Assembly: GCA_964655555.1 (NCBI GenBank)
Contig: CAZZNF010000002.1
Location: 24,472-51,963, forward strand
DNA from: an uncultured Candidatus Saccharibacteria bacterium
Lineage (GTDB): Bacteria; Patescibacteriota; Minisyncoccia; Phycocordibacterales; UBA5272
DNA: 27,492 nucleotides
Direction of reading: 5' to 3'
Below are positions 1-9,048 of this stretch, in pieces (position 1 is the first letter of the stretch; every line of letters begins with the position of its first letter). The translations under genes and the position numbers were made by a program. The notes under the pieces are model-generated. The model worked only from the letters and a program-made list of their open reading frames with translations. It was not told the DNA's origin and made no database searches.

Positions 1-90
1 GGATGGTCAAAAGAAAAAGTAGTTATGAGATATTGGGTATTTAATATAATTTTTGCATTTTTGGGAATAGCTATATATTTAATTTCATAA
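1..90 (+). CDS. mraY: 3' end of phospho-N-acetylmuramoyl-pentapeptide transferase (partial)
   Basis: Frame 1 reads GWSKEKVVMRYWVFNIIFAFLGIAIYLIS*, matching the MraY C-terminal GWxExKVVxRFW motif plus last TM helix; lies directly before ftsW-murG. Confidence 0.85.
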   Translation, partial: GWSKEKVVMRYWVFNIIFAFLGIAIYLIS

Positions 91-94
91 AAAT

Positions 95-1207
95 ATGAAT
101 ATATTGAGAAATAAAAAAATAGATAAAGTATTACTTATTCCTTTTTTAATACTTTTAGTAATTGGAATTATTACTTTTATATCTACAGCTTCTGGTTTTT
201 TGTCTTCTGATGAGACTAAATTTTTTTCAGTAATTAAGTCTCAATTGTTTTTCTTTTTTTTGATTAGTCCAATATTCTTTTTTATAGGATATTTTATTCC
301 ATATAAAATATACAAAAAAAAATCTTTAATAATTTTTGTTGTATCTATTTTAATAGCTTTTTTAGTTTTTGTGCCTGGTATTGGATTTGAATTTAATGGT
401 GCAAATAGATGGATTCATATATTTAACTTTTCACTTCAACCTACAGAATTAATAAAATTTTCTGCCATAATAATAATAGCTGCTTTTTTTTCTGAAAAAA
501 TAAAAAAAGGAAAATGGTTTGAATTCAAAACAACAATAATAATATCTGCAATATGTGGAGTAACATTATTATTTCAAAAAGATTTTGGTACATTATCTAT
601 AATTTTATTTTCTATTTTATTTATATTTTTAGCGAGTAGAGCAAGTTTAAAAAAGAAAATTTTAATAATAGTTTTGGGTATAGTTGCTTTTTTTATAATT
701 CTAAAAGCTATGCCACATATGATGGACAGATTTCAAACATTTTTAAATCCAGATAAAGATATTTTAGGAACAGGTTATCAATTAAGACAATCAAAAATAG
801 CAGTTGGTTCTGGAGAGTTTTTTGGTAGAGGAATTGGAAAATCTATACAGAAATTTGAGAATTATTTACCAGAAAAAATATCAGACTCTATCTTTTCTAT
901 TTTTGCTGAAGAAACAGGCTTTATAGGTTCTCTATTTTTATTAAGTTTATTATTTTTTATTATTTTTAGAATATTTTTATTAGCAAAAAGGTCGCAGGAT
1001 TTATTTGCTAAATTTGTTTTAATTGGTATAGTTGCTGGATTTTGTTTTCAAATCACATTAAATATCGCATCTTCTATAGGATTTTTCCCTTTATCGGGGG
1101 TGCCACTTCCTTTTTTCTCTAAAGGAGGGACTAATTTAATATTATATATGTTTGAATTTGGAGTTATTATGAATATTTCAAAACATGTAATCAAAAAAAT
1201 TGATTAA
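95..1207 (+). CDS. ftsW: FtsW/RodA (SEDS) peptidoglycan glycosyltransferase
   Basis: Multi-TM protein with NGANRWI, LQPTELIK, QKDFGT, GYQLRQS, YLPE..SDSIF and GVPLPFFSKGG motifs; between mraY and murG. Confidence 0.93.
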   Translation: MNILRNKKIDKVLLIPFLILLVIGIITFISTASGFLSSDETKFFSVIKSQLFFFFLISPIFFFIGYFIPYKIYKKKSLIIFVVSILIAFLVFVPGIGFEFNGANRWIHIFNFSLQPTELIKFSAIIIIAAFFSEKIKKGKWFEFKTTIIISAICGVTLLFQKDFGTLSIILFSILFIFLASRASLKKKILIIVLGIVAFFIILKAMPHMMDRFQTFLNPDKDILGTGYQLRQSKIAVGSGEFFGRGIGKSIQKFENYLPEKISDSIFSIFAEETGFIGSLFLLSLLFFIIFRIFLLAKRSQDLFAKFVLIGIVAGFCFQITLNIASSIGFFPLSGVPLPFFSKGGTNLILYMFEFGVIMNISKHVIKKID

Positions 1208-1226
1208 AATATGTTATCATAAATTT

Positions 1227-2342
1227 ATGAGAGTAGTATTAACTGGAGCAGGAGGAGGGCATTTTTATCCTCTTATAGCAGTTTTAGAAAGAGTACAAGA
1301 CAAAATAAAAGAAGAAAATCTTATTGATTTAGAGGCTTATTTTTTATCTGATCAAGAGTATGATAAAGATTTATTATTTGAGAAAAAAGTAAAATTCATA
1401 AAAATACCATCAGGTAAAATAAGGTTATATTTTTCTATTAAAAACTTTTTCGATCCTTTTTTATCAGTATTAGGTTTTTTTGTTGCTTTATATAAATTAT
1501 TTGCTATATACCCAGATGTTGTATTTGCAAAAGGCGGTTATTCTAGCTTACCTGTTGTATTTGCTGCAAAATGTTTATTCATACCTATTATAATTCATGA
1601 AAGCGATTCTATTCCTGGAAAATCTAATTTATTAGCATCAAAATTAGCAAAAAGAATTGCTATAAGTTATGCTTCAACAATTAAATATTTTAATATCAAA
1701 AAAACAGCATATACAGGACAACCTGTAATGAAAGAATATATACCAAGTAAAGAAATTTTATTAAAAAAAGAAAATGATATTCTAAATAAGAGAAAGAAAA
1801 CTATTTTAGTTGTAGGAGGATCACAAGGAAGTCAAATAATAAATGATTTATTATTGGAATCATTACCAGAATTATTAAAAAAATACAATGTTATTCATCA
1901 AGTTGGTAAAAATAATTTAAAAACTATACAAATTTCTTCTGAAATATTATTAAAAAACGATATAAATAGAAGAAGTTATAAATATTTTTCATTTTCTAAA
2001 TTAGAAAAGTATTATGAAGAAGCAGATTTATGTATAACAAGAGCAGGCTCTTTATTATTTGAACTTTCTTTATGGGGTATACCTTCAATAATTATTCCAA
2101 TTACAAATAGTAACGCCAATCATCAAATGAATAATGCTTCACTCTTTGAAAGGGCAGGGTGTTCTATTTTAATAGAGGAAACAAATTTTAAGAGAAATAT
2201 TTTTTCCAATTTAATAGACTCAATTTTAGAAAATCCATCAAAATACAAAATAATGAGAGAAAATAATCTATCTTCTTTTAAATTTGGGGCAGCAGAAAAG
2301 ATAGCAGATCAAATAGTAAAAATAGGATTAAGTCATTTGTAG
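1227..2342 (+). CDS. murG: UDP-GlcNAc:lipid I N-acetylglucosamine transferase
   Basis: GAGGGHFYP, KGGYSS, IHESDSIPGKSN, GGSQGS, RAG, HQxxNA motifs. Start moved from the track's TTG 1200 to ATG 1227, which follows a TGnTATCAT box. Confidence 0.95.
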   Translation: MRVVLTGAGGGHFYPLIAVLERVQDKIKEENLIDLEAYFLSDQEYDKDLLFEKKVKFIKIPSGKIRLYFSIKNFFDPFLSVLGFFVALYKLFAIYPDVVFAKGGYSSLPVVFAAKCLFIPIIIHESDSIPGKSNLLASKLAKRIAISYASTIKYFNIKKTAYTGQPVMKEYIPSKEILLKKENDILNKRKKTILVVGGSQGSQIINDLLLESLPELLKKYNVIHQVGKNNLKTIQISSEILLKNDINRRSYKYFSFSKLEKYYEEADLCITRAGSLLFELSLWGIPSIIIPITNSNANHQMNNASLFERAGCSILIEETNFKRNIFSNLIDSILENPSKYKIMRENNLSSFKFGAAEKIADQIVKIGLSHL

Positions 2343-2378
2343 AGCATTTTTTAATATGTTATTATAATAATACAAATT

Positions 2379-3650
2379 ATGTTAGACATTAAATTTATCA
2401 GAGAAAATACAGAGATAATTAAATTTGCAGCAAAAAAAAAGCATATAGAATTTAATGTAGATGATTTATTAAAAATAGACAAAGAAAGAATTGATATTTC
2501 TAGAAAAATAGAAGAATTAAAAGCTAAACAAAATTTATTTTCTCAAAAGATTATAGAAGCCTCAACAGAAGAAAAACAAAACCTAATTGATGAAGTATCT
2601 ATTTTGAAAGAAGAAATTAAAAAATTAGAACCTACACTTAACAATATAATGACAGAATGGCAATCTTTGATGTTAAAAGTACCAAATATACCAGATATTT
2701 CTGTTCCTGATGGAGAGTCTGATTTAGATAACAAAGAAATAAAATCATTTGGAGAAAAAAGAGTATTTAATTTTGAACCAAAAGACCATATTGAAATAAT
2801 GCAAAAATTAAAAATGGTTGATTTTGAAAGAGGAGCAAAAGTTCATGGATTTAGAGGTTATTTTTTGACAAATGAAGGAGTAAGATTAACTTTTGCTATA
2901 TGGAATTATGCATTAGACTTTTTTAGTAAAAAAGGATTTAATCCTGTTATAACCCCAACAATAGTTAGAAAAGAAAATCTTTATGGTACAGGACATTTAC
3001 CAGGAGAAGTTGATGATTTTTATAAAACACAAGATGAAGATATTTTAATTGGAACAGCAGAAGTATCTTTGATGGGATTTCATAGAAATGAGGTATTGTC
3101 TATAAATGAATTACCTAAAAAATATTTAGGATTTTCTCCTTGTTTTAGAAGAGAAGCTGGCAGTTATTCAAAAGACACAAAAGGATTAATAAGAGTTCAT
3201 GAATTTTATAAGTTTGAACAAGTTATTTTGTGTGAAGCATCACATGATGAAAGTGTTAAATTTCATGAAGAATTAAATAGAAATACAGAAGAATTTATAG
3301 AGACATTAAATATACCATATAGAACGGTTATTAATTGTGGAGGGGATTTAGGACAAGGACAAGTCAAGAAATATGATATAGAATTATGGATTCCAAAAGA
3401 ACAAAAATATAGAGAGATTTCAAGTGCTTCTTATTTTCATGATTTTCAATCAAGAAGAAGTAATATCAAATACAAAGATAATGAAGGAAAGACAAGATAT
3501 GTACACTCATTAAATTCTACAGCTATACCGACTCCTAGAATACTTGTTTCATTAGTAGAAAACTATCAAGAAGAGACAGGGGAGATTGTTATTCCAGAAG
3601 TATTAAGAAAATATATGGGAGGACAAGAAAAGATAAGATTTCAAAATTAA
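2379..3650 (+). CDS. serS: Serine--tRNA ligase
   Basis: MLDIKFIREN start, coiled-coil arm, GTAE, FRREAG, GLIRVHEF, EISSAS, HSLNST. Confidence 0.97.
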   Translation: MLDIKFIRENTEIIKFAAKKKHIEFNVDDLLKIDKERIDISRKIEELKAKQNLFSQKIIEASTEEKQNLIDEVSILKEEIKKLEPTLNNIMTEWQSLMLKVPNIPDISVPDGESDLDNKEIKSFGEKRVFNFEPKDHIEIMQKLKMVDFERGAKVHGFRGYFLTNEGVRLTFAIWNYALDFFSKKGFNPVITPTIVRKENLYGTGHLPGEVDDFYKTQDEDILIGTAEVSLMGFHRNEVLSINELPKKYLGFSPCFRREAGSYSKDTKGLIRVHEFYKFEQVILCEASHDESVKFHEELNRNTEEFIETLNIPYRTVINCGGDLGQGQVKKYDIELWIPKEQKYREISSASYFHDFQSRRSNIKYKDNEGKTRYVHSLNSTAIPTPRILVSLVENYQEETGEIVIPEVLRKYMGGQEKIRFQN

Positions 3651-3667
3651 TTTATTATTTAATTAAA

Positions 3668-4225
3668 ATGAAGAAAAAAAGAAAAAAAATAAAAACATGG
3701 TTTAAAATATTTTTAATATTACTTTTATCAAGTATTTTGATTTATTTTTTAATTAAAGAAAATTATATAAATATAGATTTTTCAAAATATTTTATTAAGA
3801 CTAATAATTTTAATGAAGAAATCAAAAAAAAAGATGAAGAAGAATTAGATACTATGTCTTCTATTTTTAAAAATAGACTAAAAAGTATAGGATGGGAATA
3901 TGCTTCTTCTAGTCAAATCTCTCCAGATGGTGATATTAAGATTTTTATAAAAGGAAGTTTAAATGAAGAAGGATACATATATGTAAATACAAAAAGTGAA
4001 GAAAATTATGTGTGGAATACTTTTATGTCTGTAATAAAATCTGATAAATTTTCTAATAAAATTAAAAATGTTGCAGGTTTGGAATATATAGATTTAAGAT
4101 TTTCAAATAAAGTTTTTTATAAATTTAAAGATATAAATACAGATCTTATCGATATAGAAAAAGAAAATAATAATCCATTTCTTAATAGTGAAAAACAATT
4201 AAATGGTTTAGAAATTATTAATTAA
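3668..4225 (+). CDS. Short FtsQ/DivIB-like bitopic membrane protein
   Basis: Basic N-terminus, single TM, and LEYIDLRFSNKVFYK resembling the FtsQ/DivIB C-terminal YIDLR motif; close to the dcw genes. Confidence 0.55.
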   Translation: MKKKRKKIKTWFKIFLILLLSSILIYFLIKENYINIDFSKYFIKTNNFNEEIKKKDEEELDTMSSIFKNRLKSIGWEYASSSQISPDGDIKIFIKGSLNEEGYIYVNTKSEENYVWNTFMSVIKSDKFSNKIKNVAGLEYIDLRFSNKVFYKFKDINTDLIDIEKENNNPFLNSEKQLNGLEIIN

Positions 4226-4230
4226 GTTTT

Positions 4231-5292
4231 ATGAAAAATAACTTTTGTGAAGATATTATAAAAAATAAAAAAAATATTTTTGTTCTTGCTCCTATGGCGG
4301 ATGTTACTGATCAAGTTTTTAGAGAAATGATTTCAAAATATTCAAGACCAGCTGGACCAGATATTTTTTGGACTGAATTTGTTTCTGCTGATGGATTAAA
4401 TAGTAAAGGAAAGAAAAACTTACTTCAAGATTTAGTTTTTAATAAGAAAAAAGAATATCCTATATTAGCACAAATATTTAGTTCAAAAAGTGAAAATATA
4501 TTAAATACTATAAATTTGATTCATAAATTAGGTTTTAATGGAGTAGATATAAATATGGGCTGTCCTGATAAATCTATAGAAAAACAACTTTCTGGGTCTG
4601 CTATGATTAAATATCCAGAATTATCAAATGAAATACTTTTTAAAAGTAGAGAATTAATAAATAATATAAATAAAAAATCTAAAAACTTCTTCTCTTTTTC
4701 TGTAAAAACTAGAATTGGTTATAATAAAATAGAATATGAAAAATGGTTTCCAATTATTTTAAATAATGAACCAGATATCTTTAGTATACATTTAAGAACA
4801 AGAAAAGAATTAAGTTTGGTACCAGCACATTGGGAATTATCAAAAGATATAGTTTTATTTATTAAAAAATACTGTAAACAAAAAAATTTAAAAACTCCTA
4901 TAATAATTTTGAATGGCGACATAAAAAGCATTAAAGAAGCAGAAGAAAAAATTAAATTATCTAAAGCAAATGGAATAATGATAGGCAGAGGTATTTTTGG
5001 AACTCCATGGTTCTTTAATAAAAAAGAATTTATAAAAAGAAAAAATCAAAATATAAAAACTAAAAAGGGGAGAGGTAATATTATTTATAGATTAGAAATA
5101 ATGAAAGAACATACAAAACTCTTTGAAAAAAGACTATCAAAAATAAAAAGTTTTAATATAATGAAAAAACATTATAAAGCATATGTCAATGGTTTTGATG
5201 GCGCAAAAGAATTAAGAATAGAATTAATGAATTCAAAAAATTATAAAGAAGTAGAAAAAATAACAAATAATTTTATTAAAAAAATAAAATAA
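4231..5292 (+). CDS. dus: tRNA-dihydrouridine synthase (Dus family)
   Basis: LAPMADVTD, TEFVS, DINMGCP, SVKTRIG, IHLRT, NGDI, MIGRG motifs. Confidence 0.93.
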   Translation: MKNNFCEDIIKNKKNIFVLAPMADVTDQVFREMISKYSRPAGPDIFWTEFVSADGLNSKGKKNLLQDLVFNKKKEYPILAQIFSSKSENILNTINLIHKLGFNGVDINMGCPDKSIEKQLSGSAMIKYPELSNEILFKSRELINNINKKSKNFFSFSVKTRIGYNKIEYEKWFPIILNNEPDIFSIHLRTRKELSLVPAHWELSKDIVLFIKKYCKQKNLKTPIIILNGDIKSIKEAEEKIKLSKANGIMIGRGIFGTPWFFNKKEFIKRKNQNIKTKKGRGNIIYRLEIMKEHTKLFEKRLSKIKSFNIMKKHYKAYVNGFDGAKELRIELMNSKNYKEVEKITNNFIKKIK

Positions 5293-5324
5293 ATAAGCAA
5301 GAATATTCTTGCTTATTTTTTTTT
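5291..5324. terminator. Bidirectional intrinsic terminator
   Basis: Perfect 28-bp palindrome aaataagcaagaat/attcttgcttattt (5291-5318) with a T-tract, between convergent genes. Confidence 0.75.
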
Positions 5325-5333
5325 GTAAAAAAT

Positions 5334-5639
5334 CTAAATTCTTCTTATGAAAAACCAGTTTTTATCTTTGTTGTAATAGATTTTCTCTTTTTCATATTTC
5401 ACAAAACCTTCTATTATTAGAGATTCTGAATTAGAAATAACAAAGTTAGGTGTTGTTTCCATCTTTGTAATTTTTACCTTAAATATAGTTCCTTCTATTA
5501 GGACATCAACAAGAAAAGGATTTTCTTTTTCTGAAATAAAAGATTCAAAGATTTTTACTATGTTTTCTAATTTTATTTTATCATTATCATAAATATCATA
5601 ATGATTTTTACTTAAACAACCTTTTACAAGATAACTCAT
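5334..5639 (-). CDS. Hypothetical protein (orphan)
   Basis: 101-aa ORF with its own TTGACA-17-TATATT promoter upstream and a terminator downstream. Confidence 0.7.
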   Translation of the reverse strand: MSYLVKGCLSKNHYDIYDNDKIKLENIVKIFESFISEKENPFLVDVLIEGTIFKVKITKMETTPNFVISNSESLIIEGFVKYEKEKIYYNKDKNWFFIRRI

Positions 5640-5765
5640 TTTTAAGAATTTAATTTTTAGTTAATATGTTTCCATTATATAATATAGCATATTAAAAATA
5701 ATATGTCAAGTTTTTTGAGTAATTTTTTTATAGTATATTAAATAATATTAAATTATATTAATTAT

Positions 5766-6833
5766 ATGTCTAAAATTGATGAAAATAAGCAATACTTATC
5801 TTTATACAGGAAATATAGACCTTCTGATTTTAATGAAGTTATAGGTCAAAATAATGTCTTAAAAATGCTAGAAAACTCAATAAAAGACAATAAATTATCT
5901 CATGCTTATATATTTTATGGAGATAGAGGCACAGGCAAAACAACTGTTGCTAGAATATTTGCTAAAAAAATAGGGTCTTCTTCTTTTGATATTCTAGAAT
6001 TGAATGCAGCAAGCAATAGAAAAGTAGATGACATAAGAGAAATTATAGAATCTGCACAATCAGCTACATTTGGTTCAAAATATAAAGTTTATATTTTAGA
6101 TGAAGCTCATATGCTTACAAATGAAGCATTTAATGCTTTATTGAAAATATTAGAAGAACCTCCATCTCATGTTATTTTTATTTTAGCAACAACAGAAAAA
6201 CATAAATTACCAAATACTATAATTTCAAGATGTCAGACAATTAACTTTCTATCTCCAAGTATAGATTTATTAGAAGACTTAATAGAAAATGTTTTGAAAA
6301 AAGAAAATATAAATATTGATCAAGAATCAAAAAGAAAAATAGCAGAAGAAGGAAAATCCTCCTTTAGAGATACTCTTGTTGTTTTAGAAAAAGTTATAAA
6401 TATTTTACAAACTAATGAAATAAAAATAAATGATTTAAAAAATATTTTAGAAATTACAAAAGAAGAAGAAGTTTTCAAATTACTTGAATTAATAGTTAAT
6501 AAAGATGTTAAAAATTTAATAATAGAATTTAATAAAATAAACCTTTCAACAAATCAATTAATAGAAAGACTTTATAAAGATTTGATTAGTTTTTATGAAT
6601 TAGCTTTATATTTAAGATTTATAAATAAAGAAGAAGTTTCTAAAAATTTGAATATAAAAGTAGAGGAAAGTTTAATTAATAAATTAAAAGACTTATCATT
6701 AAAATACACAAAAGAATTATCAGCAAATAATTTATATAAATTACTAGAATTAGAAAAAGATTTAATATCAAATAGTAATATAAAAAAGTCTATTTTAATA
6801 ACAGGAGTATTGAAATTAATTACTAATGAATAA
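5766..6833 (+). CDS. dnaX: DNA polymerase III subunit gamma/tau (short form)
   Basis: LYRKYRP, VIGQ, Walker A GDRGTGKTT, ILDEAHML, NALLKILEEPP, SRC motif. Confidence 0.95.
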   Translation: MSKIDENKQYLSLYRKYRPSDFNEVIGQNNVLKMLENSIKDNKLSHAYIFYGDRGTGKTTVARIFAKKIGSSSFDILELNAASNRKVDDIREIIESAQSATFGSKYKVYILDEAHMLTNEAFNALLKILEEPPSHVIFILATTEKHKLPNTIISRCQTINFLSPSIDLLEDLIENVLKKENINIDQESKRKIAEEGKSSFRDTLVVLEKVINILQTNEIKINDLKNILEITKEEEVFKLLELIVNKDVKNLIIEFNKINLSTNQLIERLYKDLISFYELALYLRFINKEEVSKNLNIKVEESLINKLKDLSLKYTKELSANNLYKLLELEKDLISNSNIKKSILITGVLKLITNE

Positions 6834-6874
6834 AGTTTAATAATGAATAAGATTTAATTATATAATAAAGTCTT

Positions 6875-6926
6875 TATTTATATATAGAGTCGTAAAAGAT
6901 ATATTGTGCGACACTATATATAAATA
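6875..6926 (+). repeat. Long imperfect inverted repeat / hairpin
   Basis: tatttatatatag-a-gtcgta ... tgcgac-a-ctatatataaata: 13-bp perfect outer arm plus a 6-bp inner arm with one G-U on +. Confidence 0.6.
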
Positions 6927-6997
6927 CCACCTTTTACCTTTTATTTATTATTTATAAAAACAAATTTTTATTTTTTATTTTTTATTTTATTTTTTAT

Positions 6998-7131
6998 CAA
7001 AACAAAAACACACAATGAGCAAGTGTGTTTTTGTAAAAGTCACCTAGACTTTTTTATTGAATTTTTGTATAAATTTTTTCAAATTTATTTTAAGGAGAGA
7101 CAGGAATGTGGGATTTTCCTATCTCCCCTTA
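6998..7131 (-). ncRNA. Candidate structured small RNA (4 hairpins, last one terminator-like)
   Basis: Promoter TTGATA(7165-7160)-16-TATTAT(7143-7138); 16-bp stem 7091-7131 with two G-U pairs only on -; GAAA-tetraloop stem 7069-7088; stem 7035-7053; terminator stem 7002-7034; no ORF. Confidence 0.55.
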
Positions 7132-7197
7132 TTATAAATAATAACAATTAAATTTAATATATCAACTCTTTACAAATATAAATAATATTGTATAGTT

Positions 7198-7422
7198 TTA
7201 TTCTAAAGTAAAGCCTAATAATTTTTTAATTAATTTATTTAATAAATCCCAAACAAATTCAAAAATATTAACGAGTTTTATTTTCTTAAAAAAATAATAA
7301 GTATCAAAACTTGTTTTTTGATGATCCCCATAAACAACAGTCACATATATTACATAATATCCAAAAACAAAAGATATAAGTATATATAGTATTAATTTTG
7401 TAATTGTTAGATAAAGAAGCAT
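7198..7422 (-). CDS. Small hypothetical membrane protein
   Basis: 74-aa ORF with a hydrophobic N-terminal helix. Confidence 0.55.
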   Translation of the reverse strand: MLLYLTITKLILYILISFVFGYYVIYVTVVYGDHQKTSFDTYYFFKKIKLVNIFEFVWDLLNKLIKKLLGFTLE

Positions 7423-7433
7423 ATATTTTATTA

Positions 7434-7544
7434 TTATCTATGAAAAAATTTATTTTTATAAACTGTCATATAAAAACCAATAAAAATTCCAATTAAAAAT
7501 GAAATAAATAATAAAATTAAGAAATCATGTAAAGTTATTAACAT
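7434..7544 (-). CDS. 36-aa single-TM microprotein (not in ORF track)
   Basis: Manual translation MLITLHDFLILLFISFLIGIFIGFYMTVYKNKFFHR*; TTGACT promoter-like element upstream; 11 nt from the next ORF. Confidence 0.5.
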   Translation of the reverse strand: MLITLHDFLILLFISFLIGIFIGFYMTVYKNKFFHR

Positions 7545-7596
7545 AATATTTATATAGTTATTTATGATACTATAATAAATAAAAAGAGAAGTCAAA

Positions 7597-8940
7597 TTAA
7601 AGATTTTCTAATACTAGTAAAGCATTATTTATTCTATTTATAGTTTCTTTTATTCCTATTATTTCAAGTAATGTTTTAGGATCTGGAGATTTGTCTTTTC
7701 CTGATAAAATATATCTTAATGGCCACAAAACATCTCCTTTTCCTAATTTTTCTGCTAAAAGATTAATTTCATTCCAGACATTTTCAAGATTCTCTTCATT
7801 TAAATTCTCGCTTAAAATATTTTTAATTTCTTTTATATTTGAGATAGTACTATTTTTATCAGATTTTTTCCAAATTATTTTTTCTGGATTTTCATATTTT
7901 GGTGAATTAATATAATAATCAAGTTCTCCATCATTATATAAATCATTTATTTCACCATAATGAGTTATTCTTTCTATTATTATTTTTCTTATCTTTTTAA
8001 TAATTTCATCAGAAAAAATATCTGTATTTTTTAAATATTTTTTTATAAAATATATTTGATCTTCTTCTTTTTGTAATTTAATATATTCTTTATTAAACCA
8101 ATTTAATTTTTCTATATTAAATACTGCTCCACCTTTTTGTATTTTTGAAATATCAAATATATTTATTATTTCATCTAGACTATAAATTTCTCTTTCACCT
8201 CCTGGATTAAATCCTAAAAATACTAAAAAGTTAATCATTGCTTCTTTTAAATAACCTTCTTCTTCATAATATTCCAAAGATACTGTTTTTCCATGTTTTC
8301 TTTTTGATAATTTTTCTTTTTCTTTTGATAATATTAAAGGTATATGAGCATATTTTGGCAAAACTCTTTCATTTATAGCCTCCCATATCAATATTTGTCT
8401 TGGTGTATTTGATATATGCTCTTCTCCTCTTATTATACAATTAACACCCATTATTATGTCATCTACAACATTAGAGAAATGAAAAATAGGTTCTTCTAAA
8501 CTTTTTGCTATTATAAAATCTCCTAAATCTTTTGTGTTTATAGAAATATTTCCACGAATTAAATCATTAAAAGAAATTATTTTATTTGGATTTTTGAATC
8601 TTATAACTTCTTTCCTCTCACCACTTTCTTCTTTTGAAATATAAGCTTTACCTTCTTTAATTAAAGTTTCTAGGTATTTTTTATGTATAGCAAAATTTTC
8701 TGATTGTTTTTTTGTTTCATTAAAATCAATTTCAAGCCATTTAACCGCCTTCAAAATTCCTTCTGTATATTCTTCTTTATTTCTATCTTTGTCTGTGTCT
8801 TCTATTCTTAAAATAATTTTACCTTTTTTTTGCTTTGCATATATATAATTAAATAATGCAGTTCTAGCTCCTCCAATATGTAAAAATCCAGTTGGACTAG
8901 GTGCAAATCTTACTATTAAATCATCTTCTTTTTTTGTCAT
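7597..8940 (-). CDS. gltX: Glutamate--tRNA ligase (probably non-discriminating)
   Basis: RFAPSPTG, HIGG, LRIEDTD, RGEEHISNT, KLSKR, C-terminal anticodon domain. Confidence 0.96.
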   Translation of the reverse strand: MTKKEDDLIVRFAPSPTGFLHIGGARTALFNYIYAKQKKGKIILRIEDTDKDRNKEEYTEGILKAVKWLEIDFNETKKQSENFAIHKKYLETLIKEGKAYISKEESGERKEVIRFKNPNKIISFNDLIRGNISINTKDLGDFIIAKSLEEPIFHFSNVVDDIIMGVNCIIRGEEHISNTPRQILIWEAINERVLPKYAHIPLILSKEKEKLSKRKHGKTVSLEYYEEEGYLKEAMINFLVFLGFNPGGEREIYSLDEIINIFDISKIQKGGAVFNIEKLNWFNKEYIKLQKEEDQIYFIKKYLKNTDIFSDEIIKKIRKIIIERITHYGEINDLYNDGELDYYINSPKYENPEKIIWKKSDKNSTISNIKEIKNILSENLNEENLENVWNEINLLAEKLGKGDVLWPLRYILSGKDKSPDPKTLLEIIGIKETINRINNALLVLENL

Positions 8941-9048
8941 ATTTAATAGAATATATCATATTTATAATAATTAATAAATAATATATTAATTTATACCTAA
9001 ATTGATTTCAAAAATTAAAGAATTTTCAAAATATGATATCATAAATAC

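Noticed and set aside
1200..1226. TTG start for murG as given in the ORF track
   Set aside because: MurG homology begins at MRVVLTG (ATG 1227), which follows a -10 box
6998..7131. SRP (4.5S) RNA next to dnaX
   Set aside because: No domain IV CAGG..GGAA..GCAG motif and no single long rod structure
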